A DNA stretch of 43,298 bases from Parcubacteria group bacterium GW2011_GWF2_45_11 (GCA_001001205.1 LCKE01000015.1:1-43298), one strand, 5' to 3'; positions 18,645-27,503 are shown, counted from the stretch's first letter. The notes: generated by a model not told the origin, from the letters alone. Numbers and translations: made by a program.

Positions 18645-19403
18645 TTAATATAAAGATTTAAACGGCCGCACCTTAATAACTTTATCGCCCAAAAACATCG
18701 GCGGCCGCAGGCGCGCCGGCAAAATCTGCCTGGCTTCAAAATCAAACTCATCCACTTGACGACCTAACATTTTAATCATGTTATGCAGGCGTAAATCAGG
18801 CATGGTCCTAAAATCCTCCGGCCTGAACTGAACGTGCCACTGCTGTTGGCCGGCATCCAAAAGCCTAAATTCATCCGACGATTCCACTTTAATAATCACG
18901 CCCGCCAGAAAGCCTTTTTCCGGCGACAGCCAGATTCTGGCGCGCGGACCCAGCAAAAAACGGTACAGGTGCGAACGGTAAATTAAAGCCTCGTCAATCA
19001 CCTGACCAAAACCCAAACTGTAAAAAATACCGCCCAAAAAAATGCTGGCGATAACGCTGATGACGGTCAGCTTAAAAACGCTTAAACGATAGCCTTTTTT
19101 GGTATGCTGAAAATAGTAATAAGCCACACCCATAAACAATGCCAAACAGATAAACCAAAAATAGGGTAAAGTGACCAAAATAAACCCGAGCAGGCTGTCA
19201 TTAATATCCCGATAAATATCCCAGTCGTTATTCAGCATCATATGAATAATGACCGCGGCGGCAAACGCGCCCACCAGCAAAGCGAAAATGCCGGCCGTCC
19301 AGACCGCGTAATCTTTAAGCAAAAACTGCCAGCGGGGCCTTGGCTTAATGGCTTGAACTTTAATGGTTTGAATGACGTCCTGGCCTAAATTTTTTTCCAT
19401 CAT
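18645..19403 (-). CDS. hypothetical membrane protein (possible anti-sigma partner)
   Basis: 252 aa with 4 hydrophobic helices, immediately downstream of the ECF sigma gene. No zinc anti-sigma motif was seen, so the function is inferred from position only. Confidence 0.45.
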   Translation of the reverse strand: MMEKNLGQDVIQTIKVQAIKPRPRWQFLLKDYAVWTAGIFALLVGAFAAAVIIHMMLNNDWDIYRDINDSLLGFILVTLPYFWFICLALFMGVAYYYFQHTKKGYRLSVFKLTVISVIASIFLGGIFYSLGFGQVIDEALIYRSHLYRFLLGPRARIWLSPEKGFLAGVIIKVESSDEFRLLDAGQQQWHVQFRPEDFRTMPDLRLHNMIKMLGRQVDEFDFEARQILPARLRPPMFLGDKVIKVRPFKSLY

Positions 19404-19419
19404 ATTTTAAAATATTATT

Positions 19420-20016
19420 TTACAAAAATTGGACATGAATATCTTTGTGCCGCTCAAACTCCGCTCTGAATTTATCCTTGGCTTTATTAAGCAAAGTGCC
19501 CACCGTGCCCATCGGTTTTTTTAAAATATCGGAAATTTCCCGGTAATTCTTATCTTCAAAGTATTTTAAAACAATGACCTCTCGATATTTCTCATCCAGC
19601 CGGTTCAAAACTTTATAAATATCCGCCCGTAAGAGTGCAAGCTCAACATCCGCCTCAAGATTCAAAGAGGAAATCAGGCTGTCTATCAGCTGGCTGTTTT
19701 CACCCAAAGCCAAGCCGACAGGCCGAGCCTTAAGCCGGCGGTAATGGCTGATGACCTGATTATGCGTAATGCGATAAATCCAGGATGAAAATTTAAGATC
19801 CGGATCAAAATCGTTGAGTTTCAAGTAAACCTTGATAAAAACTTCCTGTAGCACATCCTCGGCGTCTTCGGCCGAGACGCCGGAAATCCGCCTAATATAC
19901 CGCAAAAGCTTAGTTTCGTAACGCTGGACTATAAATAAAAAATTGTCCTGATTTTGTAAGGACAGACGGACAAGCTCGGCATCGCTTTTGCCTAAGACAT
20001 CATTTGGTCTGCTCAT
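19420..20016 (-). CDS. RNA polymerase sigma factor, ECF/sigma-70 family
   Basis: 198 aa. Region 2 (DAEDVLQEVFIKVYLKL, SWIYRITHN) and region 4 HTH (YREISDILKKPMGTVGTLLNKAK). Confidence 0.9.
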   Translation of the reverse strand: MSRPNDVLGKSDAELVRLSLQNQDNFLFIVQRYETKLLRYIRRISGVSAEDAEDVLQEVFIKVYLKLNDFDPDLKFSSWIYRITHNQVISHYRRLKARPVGLALGENSQLIDSLISSLNLEADVELALLRADIYKVLNRLDEKYREVIVLKYFEDKNYREISDILKKPMGTVGTLLNKAKDKFRAEFERHKDIHVQFL

Positions 20017-20224
20017 AGGCTTATAATGTATATACGCCCTTGAAACAATTATTATTTTAAGTTTTTAATTCAAAACATTGGACAGCCGGCTGAAATCATA
20101 AGGCATAAATCCGGCGCCACCTGAAATATACCTAGCTTTAATATTTTAGTAAATCCAGTCGCCAGCCTAATTAAAGTGGTTAGTGGTTAATTTTAAAAAC
20201 GTGAATAGCGAAATTAGTTTTTCC

Positions 20225-20452
20225 TCAAGAAATAGCCATAATCTGGTAGCCTAAGAGGATTCTAACATAGTGAAGCAGATAACCGGCGACTGATCTTGGG
20301 AATGAGCTGACCAGGTTAAGATGTTCTTTTAAGTAATCAAAGACAGATTCAATCTTAGGTCTGGTTCTAAGTAAGGCATATTGCCAATCAGTGATTAATT
20401 TTTTGTTCTGTTTAAAGTGAGGCTGTGAAACAACTAAAGTGCCATAGGTCAA
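20225..20452 (-). pseudogene. IS982-family transposase, C-terminal part in a shifted frame
   Basis: Continues the transposase (RPKIESVFDYLKEHLNL). It is open only after a 1-nt frame change near 20452-20475. Confidence 0.7.
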
Positions 20453-21045
20453 AGATATGCTTTCTCATTACACTGGCTCACGTAGCCTCCGTCGTCAACC
20501 GCTACATTGGCATACTGATTAAGAATTTTAGGCATCTGCTGGGAGTCAGCATAGCTGGCCGGAGTTAAAGCTAAACCGCAAAGCTGTCTGTCTAAATTAA
20601 TACTGGCGTGAAGTTTGAATCCATAATGCCAGCCTTGGTGATTTTTACCGAAATCAGCAACATTTAAAGCTGTTTTATGCGAATCAGCCCTGACTAATTT
20701 ACACACTTGAAGCATTGTTGAATCCATTATTCTGACAGTGGAAGTTGACTGAAGTAAATCGTTTAAAACCTTACTCATTAAAGGTAAAATTCTGTGGCAA
20801 TGTTTAACGAAATTTTCATAGCAAGGCAGATGAGGAAATTCACTTTGATACTCTAAATTAATCCAGTAATAAATATCCTTTAAATTTCTTTGTTTAACCG
20901 TTAAAATATTCCAAATCAAGATGGTTATTAATTCACTATTAGCTAAACAGCTTAATCTGCCGGTTTTAGCCAGACTAGGCTTAGGCAGGGCATCATCTAC
21001 CCAAACATACAAATTTATGATATGTTTTTTATTAAGAACAAGCAT
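20449..21045 (-). CDS. IS982-family DDE transposase, N-terminal part (frameshifted)
   Basis: Motifs MDSTMLQVC, GWHYGFKLH, LTPASYADS and DDGGYVS match the IS982 transposase pattern as I recall it. The frame ends at 20449. Confidence 0.8.
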   Translation of the reverse strand: MLVLNKKHIINLYVWVDDALPKPSLAKTGRLSCLANSELITILIWNILTVKQRNLKDIYYWINLEYQSEFPHLPCYENFVKHCHRILPLMSKVLNDLLQSTSTVRIMDSTMLQVCKLVRADSHKTALNVADFGKNHQGWHYGFKLHASINLDRQLCGLALTPASYADSQQMPKILNQYANVAVDDGGYVSQCNEKAYL

Positions 21046-21140
21046 TTTGGTTTTGGTTAAGGCTATTAAGACACCTTAATTATATCAAAAAGCTTGTTTT
21101 TATTAGAGAAAGTTAATTTCGCTATTCACGTTCTATATTA

Positions 21141-21169
21141 TTGACAAATATTATAAAAGGTGCTATAAT
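21141..21169 (+). promoter_or_regulatory. consensus sigma70 promoter for pilin gene
   Basis: TTGACA (21141-21146), 17 nt spacer, TATAAT (21164-21169). It starts 11 nt after the IS982 right inverted repeat. Confidence 0.65.
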
Positions 21170-21195
21170 TATACATTAATCTTAAATATAAAACT

Positions 21196-21642
21196 ATGAA
21201 TTACAATAAAGTTAGCCAATTTTTTTCTAAAATCAAAAACGATCGGGCTGGTTTTAGTCTGACTGAATTAATGGTCACAATGGGCATTATCGGCTCAATC
21301 GCCACTGTTTCTACGGCGCAAATGGACGATCATTTGCCGGCCGCGAGAGACGCCCAAAGAAAGGCCAATATCCACCAGGTGCAAACTGCTTTAAACTTAT
21401 ATTATGACGATCATTTGACTTATCCGGTGACTGACGATTTTGAGCCGACTGCCATGGGCTGGCAGATGATTACGACAATCTTGGAAAATGAAAACAAGAT
21501 GTATATGCCTGAAGTGCCGGAAGATCCATTAAACACGGACCAATACGTCTTTACCTACTGGAGCGATGGCCAGACCTTTAAAATCAACTATGAAACCGAA
21601 GACCCGGCTGACCCATCGCCCCTGACCGCCTGGGGCGCGTAA
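21196..21642 (+). CDS. type IV pilin / pseudopilin with prepilin-type N-terminal methylation motif
   Basis: 148 aa. Leader ...NDRAG then FSLTELMVTMGIIGSIATV, the class III signal peptide pattern G|F..E plus a hydrophobic helix. Confidence 0.85.
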   Translation: MNYNKVSQFFSKIKNDRAGFSLTELMVTMGIIGSIATVSTAQMDDHLPAARDAQRKANIHQVQTALNLYYDDHLTYPVTDDFEPTAMGWQMITTILENENKMYMPEVPEDPLNTDQYVFTYWSDGQTFKINYETEDPADPSPLTAWGA

Positions 21643-21656
21643 TCTCAATCGTCATT

Positions 21657-21692
21657 AAAAACGTCCACGGTTAACCCGCGGACGTTTTGTTT
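21657..21692 (+). terminator. rho-independent terminator after pilin gene
   Basis: AAAACGTCCACGG-TTAAC-CCGCGGACGTTTT stem with one mismatch, followed by GTTTT. Confidence 0.6.
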
Positions 21693-21931
21693 TAAGGAAA
21701 AATGATTAACCTGCTCTCCATAAAGCCGGCGCCTGTGCTAGAGGATATTAAACCATCTAGACAAGAAGCCGAATAAAAAGCTGGCAGGGCATCTTTGGCG
21801 CCATGTTACAGTTTAAATTCACGCCCCTGGCCTTAACCTTTTGCACACCCGGCTGGTTACAGGCTTGCGCATTCTTATTTTGGCTGGCCTTGGGCATATG
21901 CTGATGGATGGCTGATTGATAAAACTAAATC

Positions 21932-21966
21932 AAAAAATCCCCGTTGGCGTCGGCCGGGGATTTTTG
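21932..21966. terminator. bidirectional terminator
   Basis: AAAAAATCCCCG...CGGGGATTTTT: a 7-bp GC stem flanked by A6 and T5. It lies 25 nt beyond the end of the minus-strand ATP-grasp operon. Confidence 0.55.
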
Positions 21967-21990
21967 CGTGTGGCTTTTTATGGGATGCTA

Positions 21991-22275
21991 TTATAGCTTG
22001 ATTGATGAAGGTTTGGCTAAAAAAATTCGGCCATTCTTTATTGTTACGCCGCCTTTAGCCGGATCATCTTTAAAATCAAAGTGGCCGCTGTCCAACTCCA
22101 CATAATCCAAATCCAGAGCTAAAGCCAGGGCAACGCTGGTGGTAATGGAAATATTGGATTTGTTAATACAACCCATCATAATAATTTTTCTAAAACGTTT
22201 AGCCTGCTGGGCTACCAACCCTTGAACACCCGCCGGATCTTTTGATAATGATATTTCAATGAGGAAAGCGGCTGA
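21991..22275 (-). pseudogene. C-terminal remnant of an enolase-superfamily dipeptide (L-Ala-D/L-Glu-type) epimerase
   Basis: The open frame encodes only about 95 aa: ...IEISLSKDPAGVQGLVAQQAKRFRKIIMMGCINKSNISITTSVALA...LDLDYVELD. This resembles the last barrel strands of MLE/dipeptide epimerases. The N-terminal ~250 aa are absent and there is no ATG (TTG only). Confidence 0.55.
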
Positions 22276-22334
22276 TCAAAAAAATCAAAGCTTAACTTAT
22301 GAAGTTTATATATTAACCTCAAAATCCATCATAA

Positions 22335-23711
22335 TTATTTTGGTAAATTTTTAGCGAATGATTTTAACTCTTCATTAAAAATTTTAAAAAGCCGGGCCTG
22401 GTATGGTAAAGGTAAATTATAGTTTTCATGAATTTTTGAAAAATATCTTTTATACCAAGGCCAGGGTTTAAGCACGGGCAATTTATTTTTTTTGAATAAC
22501 TCATGATAAATCGAGGGCACCTGACGTTTATAAGCCGCATAAAAAGCAAAATCCAGTTCAATTACGGAACCGCTTTTAACGTCACTGCCAAAATAATGAT
22601 TAAACATACCTTTCTTTAAAAGCAAATCCTTCTTAAAACCGAGATTAAAAGGATTCAGGCCACAGGCTCTGGCAAACAAAAACATTCTGGCGCATTTATA
22701 ACAATTGTGGCACCACTGCGAACCTTTTAAAAGAGGCTTTTCGGCGCTGCAAGAAAATTGCATCTGGCCCAGCTTGGGATAACGGTGATGCAGAATGTAA
22801 AAAATATTTACTTCTTCCAACGGCTGCAGGCTGCTTTTGACCTGAGCCTGGCCGTTGGTAAACAATCTGGCCATATTATCCTGCAACGCCATGACTGCCG
22901 CAGTCTGGTCGGCGGACAAAAACGCCTTAAAACCCTCAATAAATTCAAACTCATTATTGGCAAATTCACTGCCAAAAAAGATGTAACCGGCGCGGTGAGC
23001 CAAAACAAAAGGCAGGGCCAGCAGGGTTAAAATAGAAGTTTGCGAACCCCAGCCCAGTTCGGTTGATGAATTTTTAAACCAGGCGCGGCCGTAGCGAAAC
23101 AGTCCCGGCTCATGTTGCAAAAAATAAACCGGAACCTTAATCAACCGGCTCAGACTGGCCAGTTGTCTTTTTTTATAAGATTCTTCGTAGGGCTGAACCG
23201 GCTCCTGGGAATAGAATAAAACCGGCCGCAAGCCGATTTCCAAAGACAAGGCCAGCGTGGTTAAACTTTCCTTGCCAAAAGTAAACGGAATAACCACAGT
23301 TTTTGGATCAAACGAAAATGGCCGGCCGGTTTTTGCCTTTGGCCAGCGGCTGATTGATGAAGCAAAGGAAAATGTCAAATTATAAAACCGGCGCAGATAG
23401 CTTAAAGGCTTAACCTTGTCGGTCTTTTCGCAAATCAGCATGTCTAAAAGCTGATTTTTGTAAAATATCGGTTCAAAAAGAGGATAATTGGTAGAATAAT
23501 CAACGCCTGATTTTTTTAACATCAGCGGTAAATAATGAGTTTCGGCGAAAGTCAGGTTATCTAAAAGAAACTTCTTAAGCCAAATAGGAGTCGATTGCCA
23601 GATTTTTTTAGGATAAACAATGGGAAACTTTCTTTGTTCCACTATAATATCCAAACCTTGCCTGGTTAAACAACCCCCAACTGATAAAGTCTGAGTGGTT
23701 TTTGTTTTCAT
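22335..23711 (-). CDS. uncharacterized protein with PP-loop-like (QueC/ExsB-like ATP pyrophosphatase) core
   Basis: 458 aa. Strand-loop-helix VVIPFTFGKESLTTLALSLEIG mimics the SGGxDS PP-loop. A C-terminal Cys cluster C-x12-C-x2-C-x2-C (SCSAEKPLLKGSQWCHNCYKC) resembles the QueC Zn site. Its start overlaps the upstream stop by 4 nt. Confidence 0.7.
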   Translation of the reverse strand: MKTKTTQTLSVGGCLTRQGLDIIVEQRKFPIVYPKKIWQSTPIWLKKFLLDNLTFAETHYLPLMLKKSGVDYSTNYPLFEPIFYKNQLLDMLICEKTDKVKPLSYLRRFYNLTFSFASSISRWPKAKTGRPFSFDPKTVVIPFTFGKESLTTLALSLEIGLRPVLFYSQEPVQPYEESYKKRQLASLSRLIKVPVYFLQHEPGLFRYGRAWFKNSSTELGWGSQTSILTLLALPFVLAHRAGYIFFGSEFANNEFEFIEGFKAFLSADQTAAVMALQDNMARLFTNGQAQVKSSLQPLEEVNIFYILHHRYPKLGQMQFSCSAEKPLLKGSQWCHNCYKCARMFLFARACGLNPFNLGFKKDLLLKKGMFNHYFGSDVKSGSVIELDFAFYAAYKRQVPSIYHELFKKNKLPVLKPWPWYKRYFSKIHENYNLPLPYQARLFKIFNEELKSFAKNLPK

Positions 23712-26152
23712 AATGAAAAATTATATAAATTGTAATCGAAAGATTTTTTTTGATAGCGCTTAACGGCTAAAACGATAAGTTGTTCCAATAAGTCACCATA
23801 ATCCTCGCCAACCAGCTTAGCCGCCGCCGGCAACATGGCCTTAGGACTTAAGGAGGGATTGGGATTCAATTCCAAAACGTAAGGATTGTTATTTTTATCT
23901 ACCTTGATTTCCACCCGGCCGTAGTCATGACAATCCAAAATGCTGTAAGTGTCCAAAGCAATCTCGCTGATTAAGGAACTGAGCTTGACGTTGATGTTTT
24001 TGGCCGGCTCCTGCAGTTCAATATTATTTTTATAGATCGGATCGTTTAAAAACTTGGCTTCGAAAGGATAAATATGCCAGTAGCCTGCGGGCAACTTATC
24101 AAAAATTGAACGGGAAAGCGGCAAAACCCTGAGGTCCTTTTCTTCGCTGCCTAAAATAGCCACGTCATATTCGTCGCCTTCTATGTATTCTTCAATCAAC
24201 GCCGGGCGCTTAAGCTCCACAATCACCTGTTTAAGCTGCCTTTTAAGTTCGGCCGGATTGGTCACCACCGAATCGTTGGAAATGCCGGTGGAGTTATCGG
24301 TGTTGGAGGGCTTAACAATCAGCGGATATTCCAGATCAGCCCTAATCTCTTCGTCTAAAGAATAAACGTAATCCCATTTAGGCGTAGGGATATTATGGTA
24401 AGTCAAAAGTTTCTTGACTTTGATTTTATCAATACAAATGCCAAGAGTCAGGGGATTGGAGCCGGTATAAGGTATTTGCAGAGTATCCAGCAAAGCGGCA
24501 ACGTGCGGTTCCAGCAAACTGGAGCCGTTAATTCTTTCGCAGACGTTAAAGGCCAAATCAATATTGCTTTCCTTAAGTTCCTGATAGGCCTTGGCCACGT
24601 TATTAAAGTCAAAAAGGGTCACCTGATAACCGCGTTCGGCTAGCACTTCCATCATCTGGTTACCTACAGAAGCCGGCTCGTTCTGTACCGTGCCCTCAAT
24701 CCCGGCAAAATTATTGCCGATAATGCCAATCCTAAAATCCCGTTTGTCCTTAAGAACCAAACGGCGGATATTTTCTATCTTAGCCGCGCCTTTAAGAATA
24801 TTAGTATTAATGGCGGCCATGGAAAAACGGTTTTTACGCGACGTCTTGCCGATGGAAGAGGCCGGATCGTATTTGGCCACCTCAAATTTTATGTCTTTAA
24901 GCACTTCCTCCAAATTTTCTTCGGCGTCCAAATCGTTATAACCTTGGACTGTAACCCAGCCCATATATTCATAGCCTTCGGGCGGCACTAAAACTGAATC
25001 ACCCACTTCTTTAAAGATAAATAAATCCACGATATTTTTATTAGTCTTTAGTTTTTCATCCAGATCCAGCTTAACCAATAACCCTGAATGGGGCGGGGTT
25101 AAAGTCTGGCTAATAAGATACTTATAAGGCTCTTCGGGCTTAATCACTTTATCCAGATAAATGCCGATGGCAATTTTTAAAGCCCCATCAATCAAATCAA
25201 CATGCCAGGCCTCTTTGGAAAAAGCAAAAGCCTCGTCGCCGCCCAGGCGTAAATTCACTTCCAAGGGCATGGGGCCGGTTTTGGTGATTTTAGCTTCAAA
25301 ATGAACACAACCGTTCTGTACGCCCAATTTTTCCAAGATCTTTTCCGCCATTTCCACTAATTTATCCTGATCTTTGTCGGGCAAACTGGAAGGCACCGCT
25401 TCCTGAGTTTCAATAAAAAACGGTTCTTCCGTCTTAAAATTATCAACGATGGAAAAAAACTTCAGCTTGCCATTCTGCAAAAGCATGTCAATATCCACTT
25501 CATTGCCGTCAATATATTCTTCCACCATGATATCCATACCGTCAGCCAAGGCTGATTCGCCGGTCGTGGAAATATTTTTCTTGACGTAATTATAAATCTC
25601 CTGCAATTCCTCAAAATTCTCGGCCTTAACCACGTAGGCGCTACTGGAGCCGTAAGTCGGCTTAATCACCAAAGGAAAAACGAAATTATTCTGAACATAC
25701 TCCATATCTTCAGGGGCTTTGACCAACTTATAACGCGGGGCCGGCAAACCATGGCTGACGCAAAACTCCCTGAATAAATGCTTATTTCTAGCCTTCTTCG
25801 CCACGTCAAAAGGAATTCCGATAAAATTAAAACGGTCACAAATTCTGGCAGTCAGCAGAACATCATCCTCCCAAAAAGTCATTACGCCGTCCACGTTAAC
25901 CTTTTGCTTGTCCTGTAAAAAAACCTTGACCGCCTGCAAGGCTTCCTGATGATTACCGGTATCCGCCAAAATCCACTGGTCAACGTAAGGCTGGGCCCAG
26001 CTGACTATTTCCTTATTAAGCACAATAAGATGAAGGCCTAATTTTTTAATGCGCTGGACAATAAATTTCTTTTTGATTGAGCCGGTATTGACCAACAGGA
26101 TGGTTTTGCCTGAAAGTTCGCCGTTTTGTCCGACGATTTTGCCGTTTTTCAT
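23708..26152 (-). CDS. fused double ATP-grasp ligase (carnosine-synthase/L-amino-acid-ligase-like N-module plus D-Ala-D-Ala-ligase-like C-module)
   Basis: 814 aa. N half: VDGVMTFWEDDV, FPLVIKPTYGSSSAYV, MVEEYIDGNEVDIDML, PLEVNLRLGGD. C half: RIGIIGNNFAG, PYTGSNPLTLGICIDK, YPLIVKPSNTDNSTGI, IEEYIEGDEYDVAILG, YVLELNPNPSL. Confidence 0.88.
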   Translation of the reverse strand: MKNGKIVGQNGELSGKTILLVNTGSIKKKFIVQRIKKLGLHLIVLNKEIVSWAQPYVDQWILADTGNHQEALQAVKVFLQDKQKVNVDGVMTFWEDDVLLTARICDRFNFIGIPFDVAKKARNKHLFREFCVSHGLPAPRYKLVKAPEDMEYVQNNFVFPLVIKPTYGSSSAYVVKAENFEELQEIYNYVKKNISTTGESALADGMDIMVEEYIDGNEVDIDMLLQNGKLKFFSIVDNFKTEEPFFIETQEAVPSSLPDKDQDKLVEMAEKILEKLGVQNGCVHFEAKITKTGPMPLEVNLRLGGDEAFAFSKEAWHVDLIDGALKIAIGIYLDKVIKPEEPYKYLISQTLTPPHSGLLVKLDLDEKLKTNKNIVDLFIFKEVGDSVLVPPEGYEYMGWVTVQGYNDLDAEENLEEVLKDIKFEVAKYDPASSIGKTSRKNRFSMAAINTNILKGAAKIENIRRLVLKDKRDFRIGIIGNNFAGIEGTVQNEPASVGNQMMEVLAERGYQVTLFDFNNVAKAYQELKESNIDLAFNVCERINGSSLLEPHVAALLDTLQIPYTGSNPLTLGICIDKIKVKKLLTYHNIPTPKWDYVYSLDEEIRADLEYPLIVKPSNTDNSTGISNDSVVTNPAELKRQLKQVIVELKRPALIEEYIEGDEYDVAILGSEEKDLRVLPLSRSIFDKLPAGYWHIYPFEAKFLNDPIYKNNIELQEPAKNINVKLSSLISEIALDTYSILDCHDYGRVEIKVDKNNNPYVLELNPNPSLSPKAMLPAAAKLVGEDYGDLLEQLIVLAVKRYQKKSFDYNLYNFSL

Positions 26153-26270
26153 AAATCAAAAAAGCTAAAGACTAGCTTTTGAATTAAGTTATTAAATTTT
26201 TTAATTAAAGTTAATTGGTTTTGGAAAGCCCCGGGGGGCTGGTCGTCACTATCCATAATGTTATAGCAAT

Positions 26271-26298
26271 ATTATAAATCTTCTAAAACGGTTGTCAA
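26271..26298 (-). promoter_or_regulatory. near-consensus sigma70 promoter for the ATP-grasp operon
   Basis: On the minus strand: TTGACA (26298-26293), 16 nt spacer, TATAAT (26276-26271). The leader is about 110 nt. Confidence 0.55.
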
Positions 26299-26333
26299 GA
26301 ACAGATAATGGCTGGCTATATTTTACGACGCCG

Positions 26334-26342
26334 TGATATAAT
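26334..26342 (+). promoter_or_regulatory. extended -10 promoter (TGaTATAAT) for the recombinase gene
   Basis: TGATATAAT at 26334-26342. It lies inside the 5' extension of the long ORF, which argues for the internal start at 26425. Confidence 0.4.
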
Positions 26343-26424
26343 AGAAAGTGAAACTAGGAAACATATCCGTCCGACTCGTTGTCGTGGCAAGCGGGCATGT
26401 TACGTATTGCATCCTACATTCTTT

Positions 26425-27255
26425 ATGCAAAAATACTTTAATTACCTCAAGAGCCGGGGCTTAAGCCAGCGAACCGTCCGCAACTACCGTTTTTATTTAG
26501 CAAGGTTTTTTAACTTTGCCAAAATCGCCAATGGTTCGGACATTACGGTCGCAAAAATCACCGCTTTTACCCGTTATTTAAGCCAAATACAAATCAATCA
26601 TCGGCCTTTAAGCCAGTTGACCAGAAATTACCATCTGATCGCCTTAAGGTCATTGTTAAAATACCTGGAGCAGCAAAAACTTCCCAAACTGCCGGCGGCC
26701 AAAACCGTGGTCTTGGCCAAAACCGAGCGCCGTCCGCAGACCTTGATTAACGCTGACCTCAACAAACTCCTGGCCGCTCCCCTAAAATTCAATAACCCCA
26801 AAATCGTCAAAAGCCGCGACAAGGCGATTCTGGAACTGCTTTTTGCCACCGGCTTAAAAGTCAGTCGCCTGAGCGGGCTGACAAGGTCATGCCTTAACCG
26901 AGTTACGGGACACCTTAAAGCCAGTTCAAAAAAATGCCAGCTGTCGCATCAGGCGCTTTACTGGCTCAAGGAATATCTTAATTTACGCACAGACAACCAT
27001 CCGGCTTTATTCTTAAGCCACGACCGGGCCGCCCGGAGACGGAGCAAAATCAGCAACCTCAGCCCCCGCTCGGTCCAAAGGCTGGTGGAAAAGTACGCCA
27101 AATCCGCCGGGCTTAATAAAAAAATCACCCCCGAGACCTTAAGACGCGCCTATGCCAACCGGCTGCTCGGCCTAGGGCTGAACGTTCAAGAACTGCAAAA
27201 AAAGCTGGGACACCGTTCAATCAACGCCACCAATCTGATGTATAAGAAAAAATAA
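26425..27255 (+). CDS. tyrosine site-specific recombinase, XerC/XerD-like
   Basis: SAM-like N-domain (YLKSRGLSQRTVRNYRFYLARFF). Catalytic C-domain with ...LRRAYANRLL..., LGHRSINATNLMY (R..H-x-x-R..Y pattern). The ORF is open from 26308 but the first 39 aa look non-native. Confidence 0.85.
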   Translation: MQKYFNYLKSRGLSQRTVRNYRFYLARFFNFAKIANGSDITVAKITAFTRYLSQIQINHRPLSQLTRNYHLIALRSLLKYLEQQKLPKLPAAKTVVLAKTERRPQTLINADLNKLLAAPLKFNNPKIVKSRDKAILELLFATGLKVSRLSGLTRSCLNRVTGHLKASSKKCQLSHQALYWLKEYLNLRTDNHPALFLSHDRAARRRSKISNLSPRSVQRLVEKYAKSAGLNKKITPETLRRAYANRLLGLGLNVQELQKKLGHRSINATNLMYKKK

Positions 27256-27428
27256 TCTTTTAAACGTTGACTTTGACGACGATTAATGTTATTTTGTGCG
27301 AGTTAACCACGCCCGCTTGTCTGGCAGTTTCAGCCATAGGCTGACCCCACACACACCAGCCGTCGGGCATGACCCCTGTGGCGGGCAACGGATGCTGAGA
27401 GTAAAAAGAAATAACAATTAAACCACAT

Positions 27429-27503
27429 GCCCTGGTAGTTCAACGGATAGAATAGGAGCCTTCTAAGCTCTAGATCAAGGTTCGATTCCTTGCCAGGGCA
27501 CCA
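27429..27503 (+). tRNA. tRNA-Arg(UCU)
   Basis: Acceptor GCCCTGG/CCAGGGC, anticodon loop CTTCTAA, T-loop TTCGATT, CCA encoded. Confidence 0.93.

Larger units (their letters stand above)
20200..21130 (-). mobile_element. IS982-family insertion sequence (931 bp)
   Basis: 17-bp perfect terminal inverted repeats CGTGAATAGCGAAATTA (20200-20216, and reverse complement at 21114-21130) enclose the transposase reading frames. Confidence 0.8.

Noticed and set aside
21701-21775. 24-codon ORF MINLLSIKPAPVLEDIKPSRQEAE with a good AAGGA RBS, possibly pilN-like.
   Set aside because: It is too short, and the resemblance rests on an INLL motif only. It is noted under the IS982/pilin finding and not called as a gene.
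26308-26424. The 39-codon N-terminal extension of the recombinase ORF (MAGYILRRRDIIESETRKH...).
   Set aside because: It contains a TGaTATAAT promoter-like element and the divergent operon promoter. The SAM-like domain begins right after the internal ATG at 26425. The extension was kept only as an alternative start.
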